NCBI GenBank assembly: GCA_002501605.1
Contig: DANW01000030.1
Coordinates: forward strand, 24,553 to 88,552
Length of the DNA stretch: 64,000 nucleotides
Direction of reading: 5' to 3'
DNA from: Euryarchaeota archaeon UBA28
GTDB taxonomy: Archaea; Thermoplasmatota; Poseidoniia; Poseidoniales; Thalassarchaeaceae
Part shown: one piece after another, positions 56,233 to 64,000 of the stretch
How positions within the stretch are numbered: position 1 is the first letter of the stretch
Layout of the letters: every line of letters starts with the position of its first letter
Translations under genes and position numbers: made by a program
The notes under the pieces: generated by a model
Told to the model about the DNA's origin: nothing
The model's database searches: none
The model's input: the letters and a program-made list of their open reading frames with translations, nothing else

Positions 56233-57282
56233 CTAATCTTCAACAGTAATACTCGCTCCTCTGGGGGAGGACATAACTGTAACTCCGAGCCAAGCCGTGG
56301 CAAGAACAGTGAATGATACCGTTGCAACCATCAGGTGCGCTAGCGAGAGGTACTCTGAGAAACTCCCGGAATCCCACGATATGACGTAAGAAGCACCCAG
56401 TAATCCATTTCCGAAATATGTAGCAGTTGACGCCCAAACCCAGTTCCTCAGAGTGATGCCACCTTGCCCATCTTGGCAATCTCTCCATATCTTGTATGAG
56501 CAGAATGCGAGCATCGCTCCAACTATGCTTACCAACCATCTGTGAACAATCTGGGATTGTAACTCCCAGTTTTCGATATTCTGGACTAACTTACCGTTGC
56601 AGAGGGGCCATGAGTCCAGCATCCCATCTACTCCGCACCCATAGTTAGCACCCGGTGTTGTAGAAACATAAACTCCTGAAAATAGGGTAATTAGAGTTGA
56701 TATTGACAGGATCCCAACTAATTTCCTCCATTTCATCCCAATCAGGGGATCAAAGCTAATCCAATCCGGAAGCTCGTCCTCATCTCGCCTTATCTCCATC
56801 CATAGCCAAATTAGTGAAAGCAAGAAGGCCATGGCAGATCCAAGATGTATGGCTACACTCCAATTCTCATTATCCATTTTTACGGTGAGCCAACCAATCG
56901 CCCCTTGCCACAAAATCAGCCCCAATGTCAGACTCGAGACTCCCTTAACTCGGGGGCTAGTCCAAGCCTCTTTCCTGATTAGTAGCCAGTTTAGGATCAC
57001 CAGTGGGCCCACAAAGGCTCCCGCTAGTAGTCTGTGAAACCATTCTGTAAATATTTGGAACGATGAATATCTGTGCCCGGAACCTCTGGAATCTGCCTCA
57101 TCAGGATTTTCTTCCCACCATTCCCCCTGTTCTTCCTCTGAGATATCAAATCCCCAAGTCCCAAAGCAAGTTGGCCAATCGGGACAAGATTCACCAGCAT
57201 CATAGATTCTTATCATCCCGCCCATTGAGATCACTAGGATTGTGAGCACAATCAAAACTTCAGTAGCCCTTCTGGGACTCAC
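56233..57282 (-). CDS. ctaA: Heme A synthase (CtaA/COX15)
   Basis: CPDWPTC, EWFHR, AIHLG, WPLCNG, VHR, AHL; about 8 TM segments; GTG start. Confidence 0.9.
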   Translation of the reverse strand: MSPRRATEVLIVLTILVISMGGMIRIYDAGESCPDWPTCFGTWGFDISEEEQGEWWEENPDEADSRGSGHRYSSFQIFTEWFHRLLAGAFVGPLVILNWLLIRKEAWTSPRVKGVSSLTLGLILWQGAIGWLTVKMDNENWSVAIHLGSAMAFLLSLIWLWMEIRRDEDELPDWISFDPLIGMKWRKLVGILSISTLITLFSGVYVSTTPGANYGCGVDGMLDSWPLCNGKLVQNIENWELQSQIVHRWLVSIVGAMLAFCSYKIWRDCQDGQGGITLRNWVWASTATYFGNGLLGASYVISWDSGSFSEYLSLAHLMVATVSFTVLATAWLGVTVMSSPRGASITVED

Positions 57283-57313
57283 CGAGGAAGTCAGGGGATC
57301 ACCTCTTGAGAGT

Positions 57314-57574
57314 TCACTCTTCTTCTAGGTGCGGGTCCACATCTATAGGTATGCGTTCCTGCTCGTATTCTAAGGTAGCTATCTTCATTGGGTCAAGAAC
57401 TACTCTCTCCTTTGCCTCGTCAACCCCGTATAGTTGAACTAGCTCGTCATTGAAGTTCTCCCGTAGCTCGTTTTCTGTTACATACAGAGGGGCTCCCATG
57501 CTAATCTGAAGTGCTCTAGCGCCTATAATTCGGGCCTTTTCAAATCTTGTGTGGTGTCTAAGGGGCTTAACCAT
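57314..57574 (-). CDS. rpoK: DNA-directed RNA polymerase subunit K (Rpo6)
   Basis: TRFEKARIIGARALQISMGAP...DPMKIA.LE. Confidence 0.95.
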   Translation of the reverse strand: MVKPLRHHTRFEKARIIGARALQISMGAPLYVTENELRENFNDELVQLYGVDEAKERVVLDPMKIATLEYEQERIPIDVDPHLEEE

Positions 57575-57645
57575 CGGCCGACCGACCCGAGTCTCCCACA
57601 TAAGGCCTCTTACTCTTATTCTCCTTACTGGAGCGCAGAAAACTC

Positions 57646-58806
57646 CTAGCTGGATTTAATCAGCATGGCCACGGCGTTACCTCCTCCGAGACAAATAGTA
57701 ACAATCCCAGAACCATGACCATCTCTGTGCATAGAGTTTACCAGAGTCATCAGACACCTAGCCCCAGTCGCGCCTAATGGATGGCCGATTGAGATTGCCC
57801 CTCCATTGACGTTGAAACGCTTTTCAGGAATCTGAAAGTGCTTCCTTATCGAGCAAGAGGCAGAAGCAAAAGCTTCGTTGTGCTCAAATAATCCAACATC
57901 TTCAACACTGAGTTTGTTCCTTGTAAGCAGTTCTTGAACAGCGGGTATTGGTGCAGACATGACCCTGTTTGGCTCAACACCCGATGTAGTGTAGTCCACT
58001 ATCCTGGCTAATATTGGTAACCCCATTCTATTGGCTGTTTCTTCTGAGGCTATCAAGACAGCCGAGGCTCCGTCAGATACTTGGCTCGCATTTCCCGCAG
58101 TTACCTGTCCATCTTCAGAAAATACCGGCTTCAAACTAATCATAGTCGACATATCCGCATCCATTCTTATCCCCTCATCGATAGAAAGCTCCTCCATGGA
58201 AACGCACTCCTTTCCAATCCCTCCATTCTCCCATCCTGCTGCGCTCAACTTATGTGACCGAATAGAGTAAGCATCAGATTCCTCCCTCGAGATTCCATAT
58301 TCTAGGGCACAGGACTCCCCGGTATTTCCCATCAGCTCCCCTGAATAAGCATCCGTTAATCCGTCATGTGAAAGAATCGATAAAAGTGATTTGAAGGGAA
58401 CATCCTCTCCTCTACTTGCGTCTCTGATAAATCTTGGAGCATTGGACATAGACTCCATTCCTCCCGCTACCACTAGCTCTGAAATCCCTGCCCTGATTTC
58501 CGTCGCGGCAATCATTACTGCCTTCAAGCTTGATCCACAGACCTTGTTAATTGTAGTGCACGGAGTGGAATTGGGCATCCCGCAACCAAGAGCAACTTGT
58601 CTGGCTGGGGCTTGACCAGCTCCAGCCTGCAAAACCTGTCCCATGTACACCTGATCTATCGCCCCTCCACTGGGGTCTATTCCGGTCCGACTCAGTAGCT
58701 CCTCTACTGCCTTAACGCCTAATTCGACAGCGCTGTAGGATGACAGAGCACCTCTGAACTTACCGAAGGGGGTTCTAGCATATCCGCATATAACCGCATC
58801 GGGCAT
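57646..58806 (-). CDS. Acetyl-CoA C-acyltransferase (thiolase)
   Basis: RTPFG, NKVCGS, GGMESMS, NEAFA, GHPLGATG, CLGGG. Confidence 0.95.
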   Translation of the reverse strand: MPDAVICGYARTPFGKFRGALSSYSAVELGVKAVEELLSRTGIDPSGGAIDQVYMGQVLQAGAGQAPARQVALGCGMPNSTPCTTINKVCGSSLKAVMIAATEIRAGISELVVAGGMESMSNAPRFIRDASRGEDVPFKSLLSILSHDGLTDAYSGELMGNTGESCALEYGISREESDAYSIRSHKLSAAGWENGGIGKECVSMEELSIDEGIRMDADMSTMISLKPVFSEDGQVTAGNASQVSDGASAVLIASEETANRMGLPILARIVDYTTSGVEPNRVMSAPIPAVQELLTRNKLSVEDVGLFEHNEAFASASCSIRKHFQIPEKRFNVNGGAISIGHPLGATGARCLMTLVNSMHRDGHGSGIVTICLGGGNAVAMLIKSS

Positions 58807-58864
58807 GAACGTTCCAGTGAGCTATCAGACTTCAAAGGTCCGATTCGAGGAATACAGAAATCAT

Positions 58865-59920
58865 CTAGTTTGCCGAGTTAAATCCATAGAATTCAGATCC
58901 CTTCAACTCCGGCCGAGATTGAGGCTTCACCAGTATGGTTCTGACAGACCATAGATCCTTGAAAACTCGATATTTTGATGTTGCATCCAGATAATCCACC
59001 CCACTCGTACCACCGGTACCTATCCTCCTTCCCATTATTCTCTCGACCATTCTAGCGTGAGAATGTCGCCACTTGACCATCGACTCCTCTAGCTCAACAA
59101 TCGCGTCGATTAGCTTCCTAGGCCAAGCCAGGAGTGGTAGCTCACGATAAGACTCGATGAAAAGGAGGCCTGCCCTCGCCCTGCTTACTCTACCTTCAGG
59201 CCTTAGGAAAGACTTCGCCCCCTCGTGCACAGCCCTCATTCTTTCAGCCATCATTTCTGAGGAACCGGAGGCTGAATTACATATGTCCTCGTGTGCCTCG
59301 AGATGAGCATCGACATATGCGGACACTGCCTCCTCATCTCCTTCAGAACCATAAATAGAGCCCATTATGGGGGTCCTTTCAATCCAATTCATAAGTGACT
59401 CACGCAGACTAGGAAGCTCCTTCATTTTCTCTAAATGAGCTAGAATGCTAGAATCCCCCTCTTCATTTTCCGCCATTTTCCTGAAAGAATCCAACGGATC
59501 CATCCCCCCTAATCTGTCTGAATTTTCCAGTCCAATTAGGATTTCAAACTCCCTCATTTGATAGGATTCGAATCCTGAAGCGGTCCCGAGACCGTCTCTG
59601 AATGAAAGAAATCCCTGGGGAGTTAGTGTTTCAAGAACGGTCCACTGGTTGGCCATGAGTCTGAAGATTTCCGTCGTCCTGCATAAGTGATCAACAGCCA
59701 CTGGAATATCATTTTCTGGCACGTTCTCCTGACCGAGAATGTTTCGAGCCTCAGAGAGCTCTCTGATGATTTGCTTGAACCAAAGTTCGAATGTCTGATG
59801 GACAATAATGAAATGCATCTCATCAGAGCTTATGCCTCTATCCTCTCCCTGGAGCTCCAGAAGCTCTCTTAGATTGAGATACTCGGAATAAGTCCAATTA
59901 CGCTTCTCGGCGTCATCCAT
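58865..59920 (-). CDS. kynA: Tryptophan 2,3-dioxygenase
   Basis: YSEYL.L..LL, DEMHFIIVHQTFELWFK, ASGFES.Q.R, WRHSH..MVER, GTGGTSG. Confidence 0.93.
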   Translation of the reverse strand: MDDAEKRNWTYSEYLNLRELLELQGEDRGISSDEMHFIIVHQTFELWFKQIIRELSEARNILGQENVPENDIPVAVDHLCRTTEIFRLMANQWTVLETLTPQGFLSFRDGLGTASGFESYQMREFEILIGLENSDRLGGMDPLDSFRKMAENEEGDSSILAHLEKMKELPSLRESLMNWIERTPIMGSIYGSEGDEEAVSAYVDAHLEAHEDICNSASGSSEMMAERMRAVHEGAKSFLRPEGRVSRARAGLLFIESYRELPLLAWPRKLIDAIVELEESMVKWRHSHARMVERIMGRRIGTGGTSGVDYLDATSKYRVFKDLWSVRTILVKPQSRPELKGSEFYGFNSAN

Positions 59921-60016
59921 ACCTTTCCCTGTAAGTCACAGCTTGAAGTATTGTCGCTCGTTTATTCGATGATTATCTACAGAATTATCTAAATTTGACA
60001 ATAGTGGCAGAAAATT

Positions 60017-60613
60017 GTGACTGAGGCATCCCATCCGCAAACAGGAGCTCATAACAAACCAGTAGAATCTCTGATAGTAGATACCGATTTGTGTCTGGAT
60101 ATACTGAAAATATCCGATGCAGAGGAGCTATTTGCCCTAGTGGAAAAAAACAGGCAATACCTGAGGAAGACATTACCTTGGCTGGATGAAGTAACGAGCT
60201 TGGATGAACAGATTTCATACATCGTTCATTGTGACTCTGACTATGGGCTCGGAAAGGGAGTAATGTATGCAATCAGAAACGGAGGGAGAATAGTGGGTAC
60301 TATCGGATTGAATTGGTTAGATTTCGAGAACCGGAGCTGTGGAGTCGGATATTGGATTTCTCAGCACCAGACTGGACTAGGATTAGCAACTCGAAGCTGC
60401 TCCAGATTAATAGATCACTGTTTCATGGACTTGAATCTACATAGGTTTGTCCTCGAGGCATCAGTGGAGAATGTCGCCAGTTGTAAAGTCGCGGACAGAC
60501 TTGGTATGAGAATGGAAGGCATAAACAAAGATAGAGAGTGGCTTTACAGTCGATACGTGGATGGAAAAATGTATGCTATCACAAAGCCAGAGTGGCTTTC
60601 TTCTTCTGACTAG
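60017..60613 (+). CDS. GNAT N-acetyltransferase (RimL/RimJ-like)
   Basis: VGYWI, GLGLAT, N.AS.KVA.RLGM..EG. Confidence 0.88.
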   Translation: MTEASHPQTGAHNKPVESLIVDTDLCLDILKISDAEELFALVEKNRQYLRKTLPWLDEVTSLDEQISYIVHCDSDYGLGKGVMYAIRNGGRIVGTIGLNWLDFENRSCGVGYWISQHQTGLGLATRSCSRLIDHCFMDLNLHRFVLEASVENVASCKVADRLGMRMEGINKDREWLYSRYVDGKMYAITKPEWLSSSD

Positions 60614-62751
60614 CTATCCCTCTTCAACAGGCCGAAGTCCTCAATGGAGCACCCTCCTGGAGGGAGAGCGGATAGCACGTCATCTTGGGCTAGCCCCGTA
60701 GCTTTCGAGATGGAGTTCGCAACGCTCTCCTTTTTCGTAGTACCAGGGGTTATTCTTGCCCATCGGCCAAACGAATTAGAGATTGACTCTGCCGTACCAA
60801 TTACGGGCAATGGGACACCATTAACTATGCCCATACCTAAGCCTAACTCCAACTTCAGATCCCTGAACCAATGCCTTTGCCCCCTTACAACAAACGACCC
60901 CCTGCCGAGGGACTCGCCACTTTCCGTCTTCTTGGAGACCTGGCTGGGCCTCACATAGAAAGAAGTTGCAGCAGCTCCCCCACTCCCCCATGCTCTCGAC
61001 CAACAAACCGCAATTTGCGCCCCCTCTCTGAGTATCTCCTGAGGGAGCTCAAGACCCTCATCGGGACCGTCGAGACCTTGGGTTATTTGCAAAGAAGAAA
61101 CCCCCTCGGGCAAACCTTCTGCAACTTTGTCTCTGATTTCAACTCCCTCCTTGATTTTCAGGGCACAAGAAGGGGCCCCATGTAAGTCAGCATGGAAATA
61201 CAGGTCCTTGGGCCCTAGGTGTTTCTTCACAACGGAATCGTTTCCTTTGGCATCCCGCCCTCCGATAAACATCCTGCCATCCGAAAGTATCGCCCATCTG
61301 TGTTTTTCAAACCAAAATCTTCTGCTTCTTTTGATAGACCTCAAACGTCCACCAGAGGCGTCTTTAGCGGCTCGCTTTTCTTCTCTATTTTGGGCTTCTA
61401 GCGTCTTAGCAAGAGCTACCTCGGCCCCTGCCGCTTTGTCTTTCTGAGAACGACCAATCTCAAAATATCTCTGTGCATTCTGGTGCACGGTTTTGTTAAC
61501 TTCCAGAGTAACGCTAGTGCCCGGCCCCCCTTCCTCATCCGGCAGATAAGCCACTATTGTCTTCTTGTCCATATTTACGCCCCCTATCCAATCTACCTCC
61601 TGACATATATCCGAGACCTTCTGCCAATTAGTCTCTGAAACAGCCTTGTTGAATTGAGTGATAATGGAGTTAACGTGCTCCCAGTTTTCCTGAATTGACT
61701 TCCCTAGTTCCTGTGATATTACGGCTTTCTGCATGAAACCTTCGATAGCCCTCCTCTGTTGCGCCGCCCTCCTCTCAAGCTTGGCTTGTGACTGCTCTAG
61801 ACTGGACCCCTCCTGCACCAGTTTCTCTTCCTCTCTACGCATGTATCCCGCGGAATCATGCTCCCCAAATACCGTATCCAGAGCATCCGAGAGGCTCTCA
61901 ATTTCTATGAAAGGCCTGTCTTCCATGCTGTTTAGCCAGATAGGGGAGACGAGCATCGCCCCATCCGGAGGGCCTGGATCTGAAGTTTCTCTAAGTGTCT
62001 GCCACCTCTCCATACTCTCATTATCCTCCATCCAGAGAAAGCAAACCTCCCCTTCCTCCAGCTCTTCCATCATCGACCTTATCGAACCCAGAAGTGACTC
62101 CCTCTGTCCAGAATTCAGTGATGACGCTGGAATTTCCTCGGATAGCCCAGCTTTCGAACAGATGGCCGAACCATACACACGCCCCAGATTCAATCTGGAT
62201 GCGACCGTCCTAATCAGGTCGCTCTCGCTCCCATCAAGGATCTCATCAAGGACCCTCTCGTCAAGTTTCCGAGGGTCCAGAGACTCAGGAGGGGGGGAAT
62301 ATCGGACCCCCTTCTTTAGTACCCTACTAGCATACGTGGCATGGGTTAGCGGTTGAACTATAATCCCAGAATCGTCCAGGAGGAGGACATTTCCGTCTCT
62401 GAAGAGCTCTATGACGAGTGACATTCTTCCCTTGCCATGTTCAAATTCTAGGGACAATACTCTGTCGAATCCGAGTTGCGAGACCCCAATGAATCTGGAA
62501 TTACCAAGATGTTTTCTAAGTACCATCGCGAATTGGGACGGATTTGGGGGCATGGGCCTGTCCCTAATGGAGTTGTACACCCTCTTCCCTCTGATAATAA
62601 CCAGATCCGTATTTGCATGTCCCTTCTTGCTCATTCTTAGCACGACTTGTTCATAGTGTGGCTGATACGCCTTCCTGATTCTGGACCCTATCATCTTGCT
62701 GAGCTCAGTGACGGTTCTTGCAACCTCGAAAGATGACGTCTGCTCGCGCAT
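60610..62751 (-). CDS. rqcH: Ribosome quality-control factor RqcH/Rqc2 (NFACT family)
   Basis: FAMVLRKHL, FDRV, ELFRDGN, NAQRYF, WFEKHRW, GGRDAKGND, HADLHGA, GSFVVRG. Confidence 0.92.
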   Translation of the reverse strand: MREQTSSFEVARTVTELSKMIGSRIRKAYQPHYEQVVLRMSKKGHANTDLVIIRGKRVYNSIRDRPMPPNPSQFAMVLRKHLGNSRFIGVSQLGFDRVLSLEFEHGKGRMSLVIELFRDGNVLLLDDSGIIVQPLTHATYASRVLKKGVRYSPPPESLDPRKLDERVLDEILDGSESDLIRTVASRLNLGRVYGSAICSKAGLSEEIPASSLNSGQRESLLGSIRSMMEELEEGEVCFLWMEDNESMERWQTLRETSDPGPPDGAMLVSPIWLNSMEDRPFIEIESLSDALDTVFGEHDSAGYMRREEEKLVQEGSSLEQSQAKLERRAAQQRRAIEGFMQKAVISQELGKSIQENWEHVNSIITQFNKAVSETNWQKVSDICQEVDWIGGVNMDKKTIVAYLPDEEGGPGTSVTLEVNKTVHQNAQRYFEIGRSQKDKAAGAEVALAKTLEAQNREEKRAAKDASGGRLRSIKRSRRFWFEKHRWAILSDGRMFIGGRDAKGNDSVVKKHLGPKDLYFHADLHGAPSCALKIKEGVEIRDKVAEGLPEGVSSLQITQGLDGPDEGLELPQEILREGAQIAVCWSRAWGSGGAAATSFYVRPSQVSKKTESGESLGRGSFVVRGQRHWFRDLKLELGLGMGIVNGVPLPVIGTAESISNSFGRWARITPGTTKKESVANSISKATGLAQDDVLSALPPGGCSIEDFGLLKRDS

Positions 62752-62810
62752 TGTACCATGCCTCCGTCTTGGAGGTACTTCATCAGCCAATCGATATATT
62801 TCCTAGTTTC

Positions 62811-63659
62811 TCAAGCCAATGCCTGGAACTCCTCAATTTCTGAGAGCACAGAAGCCTCGTGTGCGTACTGATTCGAGGGGACCTCTATGAAAACTGAATC
62901 TGGAATGCTGTCGACAATTCTCAAAGCTTTCTCCATCCCATGGAGTTTGTCAGAGGATGCGGTCATAATAGCGCAGGGAAACGAAATATTACTCAGGTCG
63001 CTGGGAATGGAATATCCCGTTAGAAATCTAGCAGATAGATGCATTTTGTGCAGGTCTTGCGAAAGCAGTGTCCTCCTGTATCTTATCTTCTGGCCTTCCT
63101 CCTTCACCTTCCTCTCTATTGCCGAAATAACTAATCTTTTGATGAATGAGTGAGTGAATTTAGGAATTGGTGACATTATGAGAAGCCTGGCCCAAATCGG
63201 GAATTTGAATTCTGAGTTTGGGGCGAGAAGGACGGAGGTTCTTCCTGATAGCGTCCCTTTATTGAATGCATCAATCAATACCGTGGATCCAAGAGATGAC
63301 GAGAACCAGTCAACCTCAGAGCTTTCTATGTCATAATGAGTCAGAACTCCCACAATATCGGATGAAATCCTCTCGACACTGAAATCAGATTTTCTAATCT
63401 TGCCATTTATTCTAGAGCTACCTTTTTCCCTGGTCTCAATGTAAACTATCTTCCTCCTACTTGACCACTCGGCTATCAGTGGTTTCCAGCCCTCGAACAC
63501 AGAACCCCATCCAGGAACCACGACTACTACTCCCTCCTTGGTAGGAGTATCGGGAGTCCAAGTGATTACCCTCAATCGAACATCTTCATTAGTTTGTACC
63601 CATTCTTCCGATACCTTGGAGCCTTTGAAATCTGGAGCATCTGACCAGTAGGATTCCAA
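62811..63659 (-). CDS. Alpha/beta-hydrolase fold protein
   Basis: VVPGWGS, nucleophile elbow SSSLG, candidate Asp (SSDKLH) and His (YAHE). Confidence 0.75.
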   Translation of the reverse strand: MESYWSDAPDFKGSKVSEEWVQTNEDVRLRVITWTPDTPTKEGVVVVVPGWGSVFEGWKPLIAEWSSRRKIVYIETREKGSSRINGKIRKSDFSVERISSDIVGVLTHYDIESSEVDWFSSSLGSTVLIDAFNKGTLSGRTSVLLAPNSEFKFPIWARLLIMSPIPKFTHSFIKRLVISAIERKVKEEGQKIRYRRTLLSQDLHKMHLSARFLTGYSIPSDLSNISFPCAIMTASSDKLHGMEKALRIVDSIPDSVFIEVPSNQYAHEASVLSEIEEFQALA

Positions 63660-63665
63660 ACGACC

Positions 63666-63998
63666 CTACCTCCTCCTTCCGCCGCCAGATCTTCCGCCGC
63701 CAGATCTTCCGCCGCCACTTGAGCGACTTCCTCCGCCAGAGCTTCCTCCTCCTCCGGATCGTCCCCTGCTCGAGTGTCCACCGCTTGAGCGACCTCCTCC
63801 GGTGGATATTCTATTCCGGCGCCTGCTCCCTATTCTAGTTGGTTTCCTGTAGTGAACACCGGGGCCTTCACTGTATCCCCACCTATTTCCATAGTGATTG
63901 TTGATAATCGTGACATCATTTCCGTCATATCCTCCATGGTGTACAACTCCGTTTCTGGTCACATAAGAACCGGGTGGGGTATTGCTGAACCTAATCCA
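63666..63998 (-). CDS. 3' end of a gene running off the window, with a Gly/Ser/Arg-rich tail
   Basis: Frame is open to the window end (WIRFSNTPPGSYVTRNG...) and ends GGGRSGGGRSGGGRRR. Confidence 0.65.
   Translation of the reverse strand, partial: WIRFSNTPPGSYVTRNGVVHHGGYDGNDVTIINNHYGNRWGYSEGPGVHYRKPTRIGSRRRNRISTGGGRSSGGHSSRGRSGGGGSSGGGSRSSGGGRSGGGRSGGGRRR
63679..63717. repeat. Short tandem repeat CCGCCGCCAGATCTT x2 plus a partial copy
   Basis: Seen directly; encodes the GGGRS repeats of the terminal ORF. Confidence 0.7.
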
Positions 63999-64000
63999 AA

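Overview
Gene-dense archaeal chromosomal segment. RadA, RNA polymerase Rpo6/K, Hel308-Cgi121, an archaeal RqcH and an initiator tRNA-Met with an A1-U72 pair indicate an archaeon. The mix with many bacterial-type genes (AlkB-like hydroxylase, Orn, UvrC, CspA, TDO, thiamine pyrophosphokinase) and large membrane-anchored S8 proteases suggests Marine Group II / Poseidoniales (inference). The main cluster is a complete, mostly translationally coupled, O2-dependent heme pathway (hemA-hemC/D-hemB-hemL-hemE-hemF-hemY plus divergent hemH), with heme O and heme A synthases about 17 kb away. Other points of note: (1) an AT-rich islet with a Cys-tailed flavoprotein, a small membrane protein, a DUF4177-like microprotein missing from the ORF track and an inverted repeat over the TATA box; (2) an M29 aminopeptidase homolog that seems to have lost most metal ligands; (3) two stand-alone RAM domains coupled to a subtilase; (4) a wHTH-STAND NTPase divergent from uvrC; (5) a three-repeat surface protein. 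No CRISPR array, transposase, integrase or rRNA was seen. All calls come from motif recognition by eye, and start codons are estimates.
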